A program made the position numbers and the translations under genes. The notes below the pieces were generated by a model, which saw only the letters and a program-made list of their open reading frames with translations, did no database searches and was not told the origin of the DNA. Below are positions 1-10,104 of a stretch of DNA of 26,065 bases, piece after piece. Within the stretch, counting starts at the first letter, position 1. Each line of letters starts with the position of its first letter. The stretch comes from a virus (taxonomy: Duplodnaviria; Caudoviricetes), in the IMG/VR virus record IMGVR_UViG_3300011335_000201, positions 1-26,065 of that record; one strand, given 5' to 3'.

Positions 1-570
1 GAGGCACTGTATCAAATCTATGCCTTGGGTGAGAAAGCCATCAGCAAGAGTAACATCTACAGCAATTGGTCATTCATACCCCATCGGCCTGCTAGGTTTG
101 TGAACTACGTCTATGGGTTAGACTTTGGATACAATCACCCCACTGCACTCATGCGAGTCTATTGGTGTGACAATGACATCTACATTGAGCCTGTGATATA
201 TGAGAGCTACCTCACTACTCCCATGCTCATAGACAAGATGCAAAGCTTCAACGTTGAAAAGACTGTGACCATCGTAGCTGACTATGCACGCCCCGAGATT
301 ATAGCAGAGCTTAACAATGCAGGGTACGATGTGCAGAATGCTAACAAGGTAGTTAAGAAAGGGATAGATAACATCAAGACATTTGGAGTCTTTTGCCAGG
401 ATGATAAGGCCATCAAGAAAGAGTATGAGAATTACAAGTGGAAGAAAGTAGGTGACATGATCACTGACGAGCCGGTCAAGATGTGGGATGATGCCATGGA
501 TGCAATCAGGTATGCGACTACTCACATCCGACAGGAGTACTACACGGATGATTCATACTATGCTTTTTAG
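1..570 (+). CDS. terL: Terminase large subunit, PBSX-like, C-terminal nuclease domain (5' truncated)
   Basis: Frame is open from base 1 (EALYQIYALGE...). RNase H-like terminase motifs YGLDFGYNHP, ADYARPE and DDAMDAIRYA. Confidence 0.9.
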   Translation, partial: EALYQIYALGEKAISKSNIYSNWSFIPHRPARFVNYVYGLDFGYNHPTALMRVYWCDNDIYIEPVIYESYLTTPMLIDKMQSFNVEKTVTIVADYARPEIIAELNNAGYDVQNANKVVKKGIDNIKTFGVFCQDDKAIKKEYENYKWKKVGDMITDEPVKMWDDAMDAIRYATTHIRQEYYTDDSYYAF

Positions 571-571
571 A

Positions 572-601
572 AACAAATTAACTGACTAGAATAATATAGG
601 T
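572..601 (+). promoter_or_regulatory. Putative phage late promoter 1 (AACA-N16-TAATATAGGT)
   Basis: AACA 572-575, TAATATAGGT 592-601, ATG at 602. The same motif precedes three other late genes. Confidence 0.75.
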
Positions 602-2053
602 ATGGCAATGTTCTCTATAGCTGTACCGCAGACATTAACACCTGCGTACAACCCGATAAAGTATTTCTATGCAAGCACTAACTCTGGCTTTGCAGGTTTC
701 AAATATATCTTTGACATCTATGAGAGTGGCACAGCTAACAAGATAGCAGAGTACAGGGTACTACCTAATGCGAGTACATTCTACGGTGAGATTGACCTAA
801 GCAAGCTCTTGCAATCCAAGGTAAGCTTTGACCTATTCCCTACCAACACCACGGTGTATGATGCACCAAACAGCTACTACAAGTATGATGTCAAGGTTGG
901 GGAAGAGTACCTAACAGTGGTGCAGTACACAGCATCCCTAACCAACAACGGAGGGAACGTACAGATAAACGTGTCTAACAGCTTTGTAGCAGGTGACCAA
1001 ATAGTCATAGCTCAAGCAGATGGTGGACTAGCTAACCCTAACCTTGAGGGACTCTTCACTGTGCTATCTGTGGGGGTAGGTTTCTTAGTGGTAAACAGTG
1101 CATGGTCATTGGTAACCAATGCAGCCATCAATGGGGATATCACCTATGCCGATGGGAGGAGAACAGTGACAAGAGACATCATAACTAAGCTAAACAACTA
1201 TGTGTTTAACGGAGCTATTCCTTGGATACAATGGCCATCATGGGATGAGAATGACTACTACCTAACAGGCCCATCAAATGAGTTCCTTACATCCATCCCT
1301 GTTAATGAGTTTTACGCTACCCTATCACAGGACTTGTGGATGAATGCAGTGTATGGCTCTATGCCTGGAGGTACTCACAAGATTATTTTCAGTAATCCCG
1401 GGGGAGACATATTTGAAAAGAGTGTGACTGCCTCTGACTACCTAACAGGGAACGCTGTAGGTCCTAACAACCTAGGCACCTTGACTGTGATATCAGGTAC
1501 ACTGCCATTGATTAAGCCTACCACTGAATACTACCAATACTACTATGAGCATGCAGGCAATCAAGTTAGCCAGGTATATACAGTTAACATAGATCGTAGA
1601 GTTCAGGACAAAGAGTACAGCATTATATTCCTTGACCGCTTAGGCTCATGGGGTAGCTTTGCATTCACAGGTAGGTACTATGAAAGAGGCAACGTAACAA
1701 GGGAGCAGTACAATCAAGATGTGGCAGGATACATTGACTCAAGTGAGTGGACCTATGACCTCACAGATAGAGGCTACATCAACAGCTATGTGAGTGTAGA
1801 TAACACCATCGACCTCAATACCAATTGGATGAATGAAGAGATGGCTGAGTACTTCACTGAGCTTGTGAGTTCACCATACACCTACTTCAAGATAAGCAAC
1901 TACGATGAGAGCTGTGACATCCCTGAGAGTACTCAGTATGTGAGCTGTAACATTGTGACCTCAACCTACGAGAAATTCAAGCAGAGGAATAAGAACTTGA
2001 TTAAGCAAAGCATTACAATTAAGCTAGCCAATAACGATATAGTCAATGGTTAA
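602..2053 (+). CDS. Virion tail protein (distal-tail/tail-tip like)
   Basis: 483 aa, beta-rich. C-terminal IFLDRLGSWGSFAF...LNTNWM...ELVSSP block resembles Bacteroidota phage tail proteins. Follows the late motif. Confidence 0.6.
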   Translation: MAMFSIAVPQTLTPAYNPIKYFYASTNSGFAGFKYIFDIYESGTANKIAEYRVLPNASTFYGEIDLSKLLQSKVSFDLFPTNTTVYDAPNSYYKYDVKVGEEYLTVVQYTASLTNNGGNVQINVSNSFVAGDQIVIAQADGGLANPNLEGLFTVLSVGVGFLVVNSAWSLVTNAAINGDITYADGRRTVTRDIITKLNNYVFNGAIPWIQWPSWDENDYYLTGPSNEFLTSIPVNEFYATLSQDLWMNAVYGSMPGGTHKIIFSNPGGDIFEKSVTASDYLTGNAVGPNNLGTLTVISGTLPLIKPTTEYYQYYYEHAGNQVSQVYTVNIDRRVQDKEYSIIFLDRLGSWGSFAFTGRYYERGNVTREQYNQDVAGYIDSSEWTYDLTDRGYINSYVSVDNTIDLNTNWMNEEMAEYFTELVSSPYTYFKISNYDESCDIPESTQYVSCNIVTSTYEKFKQRNKNLIKQSITIKLANNDIVNG

Positions 2054-4766
2054 GATACAACTAGCAACGGGATACCTTGAGGTAAAGGAGGGTACATCAT
2101 TCCCTTTGAACTTTCAGGTAGGGGACATCCGAGACATCTCTTCAAGGAAAGGTAACTTTTCTAAGACCATTACATTGGTAGGTAGTAAGAACAACAATGA
2201 CCTGCTTAACCACTACTATGATGTGAACATTGTAGCCGGTACCTTTGACATCAATGCAGTGACTACCTGTTCAGTTATTCAGGATGGGATCCCCGTCATG
2301 GAGGATGCAAGCCTACAGCTCACAGCAGTTAAAAAGGTACAGGTTACCGATGCCTATGAAGAGCATGTTGAGTATGAGGTATTGGTCAAGGAAAGCAAAG
2401 CAGATTTCTTTACAGCCATCAACAACCTTGAGTTGACTGACATAGACTTCAGTGACCTCAACCATACATACGATGCATTCAATGTAGTGAACAGGTTTAC
2501 CAATACGGTGGTGGATGGCTTCAAGTACTTCCTCCCAGGTAGTGGGGATGTGTTCTACACCACTCAAGAGTTCAAGCCTGCCATCTTTGCTAAGACTTAT
2601 TTTGATAGGATATTCCAAGACTCAGGCTTCCAATACAATTGGCCTACTCTAAGTGCTACTAAGTTTGACAAGCTAGTCATTCCATACAACGGAGGGATAG
2701 ATAACTTTGATTATTTAGACTATGTGGTCAAGGCTGAGAAGACTACACCTAGCACAGTGACCTCACCTATTTCGATAGTACAACAAACTCCATTCTATAC
2801 CTTTGATAACCTTACAGAGATAGAAGATTTACAGGGTATCTTTGACCCTATCACAGGGATCTACACTACACCATTCAACATCAGCTCTGCCAATGCACAG
2901 TACTATGAGTTTAATGTGGTAGTAAGCTATAGCCTTGACCTCATCAATACAGGCACTGTTCCTGCAACAGTATCATCCCCCCCAACATACGTAGTAAGAT
3001 ATCGGAACACATATAACAACTTTATTGTGCAGGGACCTGCTCATGTGGGGCCAGCATCCGTACCTGTAGGTACTACTACATTTGCAACTGATACGGTAGC
3101 TTTCACCCAACAGTTGAGTGACCCTAACATACTGAATCAGCTCACTAACGTACAGATGCAGATACAGGCTTCACAAAATTTAGTGACTACATTCTACACA
3201 CCCAATGTACAGCTAGCACTCAACATCTTATCAGCTAAGATAACCATTACTCCTAGCAGTAACATTGTGGCCATTGGTGGTACCATTGATGTCAATGACT
3301 ATGTGCCTAAGAAGATTAAGCAGAATGAATTTGTTAAGGCTATATTCAACATGTTCAACCTGTACGCTGAGGTGGACAAGTCACAGCCTAACCTACTCAA
3401 CCTCATCCACAGGGATGATTACTACGATGCAGGTAAAGAGGTAGATTGGACCTTGAAGCTTGCCAAGGATAGAGAGCAGTCACTATCTTTTCTGCCTGAG
3501 CTCACAAGCAAGAAAGTAATACTCACATACAAGGCAGATAAGGATGGAGCCAATACCATCTACACGAATGCTACCAATCAAATATACGGGCAGGCAGAAG
3601 TTATCTTTGACAATGAGTATGTCAAGGATGTAACTACTAAGGATGTTCTGTTTAGCCCTACACCAATCATTGATACAGTCTTTGGTGCATACGTTCCAAT
3701 GCTAGCAGGTGCACAGCCTGATACTAACATCCGTATCCTGTATGACTCAACAGCGGAGGTAGGACTAACCACATGCCAAGGGTTTAATATCTTTGACTAT
3801 GGTACAACAGGTATGACCAACGTCACAAGCTACCCGTATGTAGGTCACTTTGACGATCCACTTAATCCTACATGGGATTTGAACTATGCTACTTGTGCAT
3901 ACTACTATTACATGCCAAGTACCTTAACGCAGAACAATCTGTATAACAGGTATTGGAGGCGGACCATGGGGCAGATTAACAACGGTAAGATGTTGACTGC
4001 TTTCTTTAATCTAAAAGAGTCTGACATCCAACCATTGGAGCTGAATGACAAGATTAGGATTGATAACTCATGGTGGAACATTAACCGAGTGATTGACTAC
4101 AATGCCAATGGCAATCAGCTCACACAGGTAGAACTTATCAGCATTGACACTGAGGTTAAGTTTATGCCCTTTGCTCTTGGCTCCCCATCCCCAGGTGTAG
4201 GTACAGGTAGTGTAGGTCCTATCACTCAAGTGGCCAATGATACTATCATTAAGACTATCACTGCCAATAACAACATCATACCTAACAGCACCTCGGGATT
4301 AGTCACAGGGAAAGGTAACAATGTTAACCCGGGGCTTAAGGTAGTAGTAGTTGCAGATAATGCAACAGTTGAGGAGGATGGTATCTACACTGATAACTTG
4401 ACCGTCTATGGTAAGGTGAACGGCATACCTGTTGACCCTCCATACTACAGGTACACAGCATTGCTTAATCAAACAGGCACAGCAGACCCAACAGCAGATA
4501 TCAAAGAGTCTAGCTTTGGGGATATAGTATGGACTCGAGTAGGACCAGGTGATTACATAGGCACTATACAAAATTGGGACTTAGGCACTATTCTACCGAG
4601 TGAGATAGTAGTGATTGTGAGTAACACTATTTTTGATTGCCTAATCTCAGGACTATATCAAATCACAAACAATACAATAGTTATTAACACAACTCAAATA
4701 GGGGTAGGATTTGCAGATAACTTGCTATTTTACACACCTATTGAAATAAGATATTACAAGCCATAA
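2046..4766 (+). CDS. Large tail-tip/hub protein
   Basis: 906 aa. N-terminal FPLNFQVGDIRDISSRKGNFSKTITL and later LNDKIRIDNSWWNINRVIDY resemble siphovirus tail-tip proteins. Adjacent to the tape measure gene. Confidence 0.6.
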   Translation: MVKIQLATGYLEVKEGTSFPLNFQVGDIRDISSRKGNFSKTITLVGSKNNNDLLNHYYDVNIVAGTFDINAVTTCSVIQDGIPVMEDASLQLTAVKKVQVTDAYEEHVEYEVLVKESKADFFTAINNLELTDIDFSDLNHTYDAFNVVNRFTNTVVDGFKYFLPGSGDVFYTTQEFKPAIFAKTYFDRIFQDSGFQYNWPTLSATKFDKLVIPYNGGIDNFDYLDYVVKAEKTTPSTVTSPISIVQQTPFYTFDNLTEIEDLQGIFDPITGIYTTPFNISSANAQYYEFNVVVSYSLDLINTGTVPATVSSPPTYVVRYRNTYNNFIVQGPAHVGPASVPVGTTTFATDTVAFTQQLSDPNILNQLTNVQMQIQASQNLVTTFYTPNVQLALNILSAKITITPSSNIVAIGGTIDVNDYVPKKIKQNEFVKAIFNMFNLYAEVDKSQPNLLNLIHRDDYYDAGKEVDWTLKLAKDREQSLSFLPELTSKKVILTYKADKDGANTIYTNATNQIYGQAEVIFDNEYVKDVTTKDVLFSPTPIIDTVFGAYVPMLAGAQPDTNIRILYDSTAEVGLTTCQGFNIFDYGTTGMTNVTSYPYVGHFDDPLNPTWDLNYATCAYYYYMPSTLTQNNLYNRYWRRTMGQINNGKMLTAFFNLKESDIQPLELNDKIRIDNSWWNINRVIDYNANGNQLTQVELISIDTEVKFMPFALGSPSPGVGTGSVGPITQVANDTIIKTITANNNIIPNSTSGLVTGKGNNVNPGLKVVVVADNATVEEDGIYTDNLTVYGKVNGIPVDPPYYRYTALLNQTGTADPTADIKESSFGDIVWTRVGPGDYIGTIQNWDLGTILPSEIVVIVSNTIFDCLISGLYQITNNTIVINTTQIGVGFADNLLFYTPIEIRYYKP

Positions 4767-4767
4767 G

Positions 4768-6972
4768 ATGAATGAAGTAGAAATACCTTTAAAGCTCGGT
4801 GGCATTGCCGCCATCAAGGCAGAATTAAAATCATTAAAGGGTGCTATTGCTGAGGCAACTGACCCTGAGGATATTGCCAGGTTATCACAGCGAGCAGGGG
4901 AACTTAAGGACCAACTAGCAGATGCCAATGAGGCAGTCAATACCTTTGCTACAGGATCCAAGTTTGAGCAGGTGAGCAATGGGTTAGGTGGTATCAAAGA
5001 TAGTTTGATGAGCCTTGACTTTGATGAGGCTGCACAAAAGTCTAAGGTGTTTGCTAAGAGTTTAGGTAGCATTGACCCTAAAGCAATTGGTGGTGCATTC
5101 AAATCATTAGGCTCTGTTATCATGACTATTGGTGGGGCATTCGTTTCATTAGGTGCAACCATTCTAGCTAACCCAATCTTTCTATTGGTGGCTGTGATTG
5201 TGGCTATTGTTGCAGCTATAGTTATATTTCTCCACAAGATAGGGGTGCTACAAAAAGTACTTGACTTTTTAATGATACCTGTCAATGCATTGATTGAGGG
5301 GCTCAAAGCATTAGGTGATTACCTAGGTTTGACTAGCTTCGCTGCAGATGAGAATGCTGAGAAGATGGCTAAGGCCAATGAGAAAACATCCGAGAGTTCT
5401 AAGAAACGGGCTGAAACAATATCTGAAAGCTACGATCAAGAGATTGCCATGGCTAAGATTGCAGGCAAGGATACCACACAGCTTGAGCTTGACAAGTCAA
5501 GAGCACTGGAAAAAGAGTCTATCAAGAGAAAGGCTGCAGCTAAGAAAGCACTTGAAGCAATGAGGCACCAAGAGGGTGAAGAGGCAACTAAGAAACGAGC
5601 TGAGTTAAGAAAGCAGATAGAGGAAGAGAATAAAATCATTCGAGGTGGTGTCAATGAACGCAAGAGAATTAAGGCTCAGGAGTTAGCGGAAGAGAAAGAG
5701 AAAGAAAAGAAAGCAGGAGAGGAGGCAGCAGCTGCAGCAGAAAAGGCTAGGGAGAGAGCTAAGCAGAATGCTAAGAATAGACTTGACAATGCAAGGACTC
5801 TAAGAGACTTTGAACTATCACAGATTAAGGATGCCAATGAAAGAGAGGTAGCCATTGTAAATGAGAAGTATGCCAGGTTAATGAATGACCTTAAGAATGA
5901 TGCTAACAAAACAGCAGAAGAGAAAGCTAAGTTCAATGCGATGTATCTAACTCAACAGCAACAGGAACTTGATAAACTTGCAGCAGATAAGGCTAAGACC
6001 GAGGCAGACAACTTAAAGAAAGGCAATGACATCATAGCTGAGTTACAACTTCAACTAATGGAGGAGGGAACGGAGAAAGAGCTAGCCATGACTAAGGCAA
6101 AGTATGACAAGTTACGGGCTCAGACCTTGGCAGATACCACACTAACCGAAGAGCAAAAGAAAACATTAACTCAACTATACAACGATCAAGAGGCGGCAGA
6201 AAATCAGAAGCGTGCAGATGCTAAGTTAAAGCAACAGGAAACTCTTGCTAAGACTTTGGCAGATGCTGCACTTACTGAGGATCAAAAGAAACTGCAGGCT
6301 CTTAAGGAAAAGTATGATGCAGAGTTATTACTAGCAGAGGGCAATGAAAAACTTAAGGCGGCACTTAAGGCTAAGTATGAAACCGATGAAACCAAAATAG
6401 TAGAGGATGCAGCCAAGGATAAAATTGAAGCAGCACAAAAAGAAAGGGATGCAAGGCTACAACTTGCTGCAGATATTGCTAATGGTATTCAAACCGTAGG
6501 TGCTGCATTCATCAAGGACCAAAAGAAACTTGAGAAATTTAACAAGGGAATGGCATTGGTGCAGATAGGTATTGATACAGGTAAAGCTATCTCATCCCTC
6601 GTTGCTGCATCAAATGCTAACTCATTGAATGGTGTAACTGCAGGTGCTGCAGGGGTGGCTCAGTTTGCTACCGGTATCATACAGATTGCTACCAACATTG
6701 CTAAGGCAAAGCAGATACTTACTTCAGGTGGAACTCCTACCTCAGGTGGTGGTGGTGGTGGTAGTACAGGTGGTGGTGGTGAAAGTGCCAACGTAGCACA
6801 GCAAGTACCTCAAGCGGCTCAGCTATTTGGCTCAGCTAACACAGGTAATGTAATGAGTGCAGGAGGTTCTAATAATGAAAGCTCGATGACCGTAACCGCA
6901 GTAGTGTCTGAGACTCAGATAACGAATGTACAAAACAAGATAACTAAGATAAACAAAAACGCTGAACTATAA
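4768..6972 (+). CDS. Tape measure protein
   Basis: 734 aa, Ala/Lys/Glu-rich helical. Hydrophobic segment ILANPIFLLVAVIVAIVAAIVIFL, coiled-coil repeats, Gly-rich C-terminus. Confidence 0.75.
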   Translation: MNEVEIPLKLGGIAAIKAELKSLKGAIAEATDPEDIARLSQRAGELKDQLADANEAVNTFATGSKFEQVSNGLGGIKDSLMSLDFDEAAQKSKVFAKSLGSIDPKAIGGAFKSLGSVIMTIGGAFVSLGATILANPIFLLVAVIVAIVAAIVIFLHKIGVLQKVLDFLMIPVNALIEGLKALGDYLGLTSFAADENAEKMAKANEKTSESSKKRAETISESYDQEIAMAKIAGKDTTQLELDKSRALEKESIKRKAAAKKALEAMRHQEGEEATKKRAELRKQIEEENKIIRGGVNERKRIKAQELAEEKEKEKKAGEEAAAAAEKARERAKQNAKNRLDNARTLRDFELSQIKDANEREVAIVNEKYARLMNDLKNDANKTAEEKAKFNAMYLTQQQQELDKLAADKAKTEADNLKKGNDIIAELQLQLMEEGTEKELAMTKAKYDKLRAQTLADTTLTEEQKKTLTQLYNDQEAAENQKRADAKLKQQETLAKTLADAALTEDQKKLQALKEKYDAELLLAEGNEKLKAALKAKYETDETKIVEDAAKDKIEAAQKERDARLQLAADIANGIQTVGAAFIKDQKKLEKFNKGMALVQIGIDTGKAISSLVAASNANSLNGVTAGAAGVAQFATGIIQIATNIAKAKQILTSGGTPTSGGGGGGSTGGGGESANVAQQVPQAAQLFGSANTGNVMSAGGSNNESSMTVTAVVSETQITNVQNKITKINKNAEL

Positions 6973-7406
6973 TGAACTCACTACAAGCAATCATTAATCA
7001 CATCGAGCTGTTCTATAATAACCATTTACAGGTTAAGAAAGTAGGCAGTGATTTCAAAGAACAGCTATACAACTTTGCTACCAAAGATGAGAAATATCCT
7101 ATTGTGTTTGTGGTCCCTGTTAGTGTTATTCCTACCGAGAACACATCCGAGTTTAACTTTGACATCTACTGCTTTGACATCATTCAAAAAGATAGGGCTA
7201 ACATCATTACTATCTTGAGTGATACACAACAGATACTCAATGACCTCTATGTGTACTACATGGATAGCACTGACTATGCCTTTGATGTAGTGGGTGTGCC
7301 ATCATTCCAGGCATTGAACAATGATCTACTTGACTACGCTGCAGGATATGTCATGAACATTACACTAACCGTGAATGATTGGACTGATTGTGCGGTACCA
7401 CTCTAA
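6972..7406 (+). CDS. Putative tail terminator/completion protein
   Basis: 144 aa with a YPIVFVVP...FNFDIYCFD pattern. Size and context fit tail terminators. Confidence 0.5.
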   Translation: MNSLQAIINHIELFYNNHLQVKKVGSDFKEQLYNFATKDEKYPIVFVVPVSVIPTENTSEFNFDIYCFDIIQKDRANIITILSDTQQILNDLYVYYMDSTDYAFDVVGVPSFQALNNDLLDYAAGYVMNITLTVNDWTDCAVPL

Positions 7407-7435
7407 ACATTTTGGAGGCTTAAAGTAATATAGGT
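7406..7435 (+). promoter_or_regulatory. Putative phage late promoter 2
   Basis: AACA 7406-7409, 16-nt spacer, TAATATAGGT 7426-7435, ATG at 7436. Confidence 0.75.
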
Positions 7436-8794
7436 ATGAGTGCACCGAATTGGTGGGGTGATTGGAGACCAACCCTCACACCTCACACAGGAGACCTACA
7501 GCCAACTGACTTACTAGAATGTACCATGATAGTGGGTGGCTTGCCTGTGAACACAGTTATCACCGGTCAACAAATCATTGATGGTGCAGGTGGTGGTGGT
7601 GGCGCAGTAGGTTACTATGCACAATACCAGGATGATATTACTCAGCCATTAGGTGCAGTGAATGTAGGGCAACCTGCTAAGTTCAGGACCATGGACTTTA
7701 GCAATGGGGTAACTGTAGTGAGTGACACTCAAATAACTATAGCTAATACAGGGATATATAATCTGCAGTTTTCATTTCAGTTTCAAAACATAGATAGCCA
7801 AGAGCATGATGTTACTATATGGCTTAGAAAGAATGGTGCAGATGTAGCAGGTAGTGCAGGCTTTGTAGCTGTGGTATCTTCACATGGTGGCACACCTGGT
7901 CATTGTATTCCATCATGGAACTATCTGCTTGATGCAGTGGGTGGTGACTACTACGAGCTGTATTGGAGTGCTACGAGCTTGGATGTTACCATGAAGTTCT
8001 ATCCTGCAGGTACTCCTCCACCATCAACAGCATCCGCTATCTTTACCGTAACACAGCAAGCAGGTATCATAGCAGGTACAGGCATGACTGCATTGAATGG
8101 GTTGAGTGCAGATGTTCAGACCATTAGCACAGGCACAACAGGTACTGACTTCAACGTGGTATCTAGTGGTAGCAATCATGAGTTTAATCTACCTACAGCA
8201 TCCGCTACAAATAGGGGTGCATTAAGCAGTGCTAATTGGAGTACATTCAACGCTAAGCAGGATGCATTAGTTAGTGGCACCAACATCAAGACAGTGAACA
8301 ACAACTCATTGCTAGGCAGTGGGAATTTAACCATCGGCCCTAGGCTACTTGGATATAGTGGTATATTAGGTACTGCCACTACAGGTACTACCATAAGTAT
8401 ATGTCATTCATTACTGATCCCTGCCAATACATTAAACAGCAACAACATCCTGCAGGTAGTATTTAGGATGTACAGGCAATCAGGCAATGTAGGGCAGATG
8501 TATGGACGTATCTACTTCAACACTACCAACAGCTTAACAGGTGCCACATTAATTAGTGGTATATTTACTATCAATGCTGGGCAGTTCATACTTTACTGCG
8601 AGCGTAACTATAGCTATGATGGTACAAGTCTTAGAACAACAGGAGGAAATACAATTGAATATAATGCAGGTGCCACTATACAAACCACTGCATTCAATAG
8701 AACAGTTAATCAATATATCTTATTTACTATGCAATGTCAAAACATTGCCGATGTAGCTAACATAGATATGTATAAAGTATTTGCGTATGTTTAA
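7436..8794 (+). CDS. Tail fibre / receptor-binding protein
   Basis: 452 aa, G/T/S/N-rich. C1q/BclA-like segment (TGIYNLQFSFQF) and fibre linker KQDALVSGTNIKTVNNNSLLGSG. Confidence 0.7.
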   Translation: MSAPNWWGDWRPTLTPHTGDLQPTDLLECTMIVGGLPVNTVITGQQIIDGAGGGGGAVGYYAQYQDDITQPLGAVNVGQPAKFRTMDFSNGVTVVSDTQITIANTGIYNLQFSFQFQNIDSQEHDVTIWLRKNGADVAGSAGFVAVVSSHGGTPGHCIPSWNYLLDAVGGDYYELYWSATSLDVTMKFYPAGTPPPSTASAIFTVTQQAGIIAGTGMTALNGLSADVQTISTGTTGTDFNVVSSGSNHEFNLPTASATNRGALSSANWSTFNAKQDALVSGTNIKTVNNNSLLGSGNLTIGPRLLGYSGILGTATTGTTISICHSLLIPANTLNSNNILQVVFRMYRQSGNVGQMYGRIYFNTTNSLTGATLISGIFTINAGQFILYCERNYSYDGTSLRTTGGNTIEYNAGATIQTTAFNRTVNQYILFTMQCQNIADVANIDMYKVFAYV

Positions 8795-8930
8795 TCACAA
8801 TGGAATAGAGTACACAATCACAGGACCTATTGAGGTTATCAGTGATACACAGCTCCACGTAGAAACGGACAAGGGTATCATTTTAGTAGATGATACAATG
8901 GATATATATAAAGAATTAATCAATGGCTAG
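8787..8930 (+). CDS. Small hypothetical protein (47 aa), possible fibre-associated chaperone; not in ORF track
   Basis: MFNHNGIEYTITGPIEVISDTQLHVETDKGIILVDDTMDIYKELING. Fills the gap and overlaps both neighbours by 8 nt. Confidence 0.7.
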   Translation: MFNHNGIEYTITGPIEVISDTQLHVETDKGIILVDDTMDIYKELING

Positions 8931-9375
8931 ATACGCAAACACAGGGGAATTCAATGTGCTATATCCTACACGTAGGAGAATGGCTAACATCCTCAAGAGA
9001 ATTTTAAGAAATGATATTGTAGATGGTGAGGGTACACTTGTTGAAAGTATCCGTATCAATGCCAAGATAACAGGCTTCCAAAAACTTGAGATACAAATAG
9101 TGGCCATGTATTACTTTATATTCCTGAACAATGGTGCGTTTCTTTGGAATGGTGGAGTAATTACACCAAGAGAATATGTTGCACAATTTACGGAAGAGCT
9201 AAACGCTGCAGGTATCACTGCTGAGATTTATCGGCAGTATACTGAATGGTTAACTAAAAAGTACCCATTGGTGCAAGCAGTTGAGGTACTTGAAAAACAG
9301 CAAAAGATTGTATACACATTTGAAGCGGTTGACCCTCCTGCAGGATTTACACCTGGCTTCCCATTAGATGTCTAA
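8923..9375 (+). CDS. Putative neck/tail-completion protein (HK97 gp10-like)
   Basis: 150 aa with a GTLVESIR...YFIFLNNG pattern, in structural context. Confidence 0.45.
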   Translation: MARYANTGEFNVLYPTRRRMANILKRILRNDIVDGEGTLVESIRINAKITGFQKLEIQIVAMYYFIFLNNGAFLWNGGVITPREYVAQFTEELNAAGITAEIYRQYTEWLTKKYPLVQAVEVLEKQQKIVYTFEAVDPPAGFTPGFPLDV

Positions 9376-10104
9376 CTCTTTCTTCATTGAAAGAACATTA
9401 AACACATAGATGAGTGGTAGGGCACCAACCTTATCACTCTTTGTAATGTCCCCATTGGTCAACCCGTAGATGGTTTGCTCCCATGACCACTTAGCTTGAG
9501 CTTGTTCTTTCTCTATTTCTTTGACCTCTTCAGGGTCCATCTCCCTGCGTTCCTCTTCACTAAGGTCCTCATCTAGGTCACCACTAAATAGGTTCTCATA
9601 CTTTTTAAGAAAGTCCTCCCTGTACTTCATGAACTCATGCACAATACCATACACATCTGTGATTGGTAGGTCATGAAAATTCTCTGCTCTAATGTTACAG
9701 TCAAACTCATAAGGCTCAAGGACCTCATCCCCCCATTCATTCACCTTGCTGTTCCGGTAGCAGATAGCACATACCTTGTCAAGATTGGTTATGTAGTTAT
9801 CACTAAAGAAATAGTCTAGGTCAATGTACTCATACAGGGTGAGCTTGTTGAATGGTTTGAACTTCATCCCAAGCAGTTCATGCTTATATCTCTTGGATGG
9901 CTCGGAGGTACACCACTTGGCCTCTGCTACAAGTTCTGCCAACTCATCCACATCCATATCTTCAATGACATCAATGGGCTCATCTGATAAAATAGAAAGA
10001 GCCTCACTGTTATAATGGTAGGCTCCCTGTTCTCTATCTATCCCACTAAATTCAATGAACTGCTCAAGCGTTACTTGGCTCCAATTCTGCGGTAGCTTGA
10101 TCAT
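9364..10104 (-). CDS. Putative tail assembly chaperone, long form
   Basis: 246 aa, acidic. N-terminal LPQNWSQVTLEQF and C-terminal KWSWEQTIYGLTNGDITK. Paralogue of 10064..10612. Confidence 0.5.
   Translation of the reverse strand: MIKLPQNWSQVTLEQFIEFSGIDREQGAYHYNSEALSILSDEPIDVIEDMDVDELAELVAEAKWCTSEPSKRYKHELLGMKFKPFNKLTLYEYIDLDYFFSDNYITNLDKVCAICYRNSKVNEWGDEVLEPYEFDCNIRAENFHDLPITDVYGIVHEFMKYREDFLKKYENLFSGDLDEDLSEEERREMDPEEVKEIEKEQAQAKWSWEQTIYGLTNGDITKSDKVGALPLIYVFNVLSMKKELDI

Noticed and set aside
4725-5936. Minus-strand ORFs of 193, 75 and 86 aa opposite the tape measure gene, and similar antisense ORFs elsewhere (e.g. 118..525, 11274..11666)
   Set aside because: They lie opposite well-supported genes, have S/L/A-rich shadow composition and show no motifs.
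5821-6390. Recurrent KY(D/A/E) helical repeats in the tape measure protein
   Set aside because: Ordinary degenerate tape-measure repeats.
6745-6780. GGT triplet runs (also about 7589-7603)
   Set aside because: They encode in-frame poly-Gly linkers, and triplet slippage would not phase-vary the gene.
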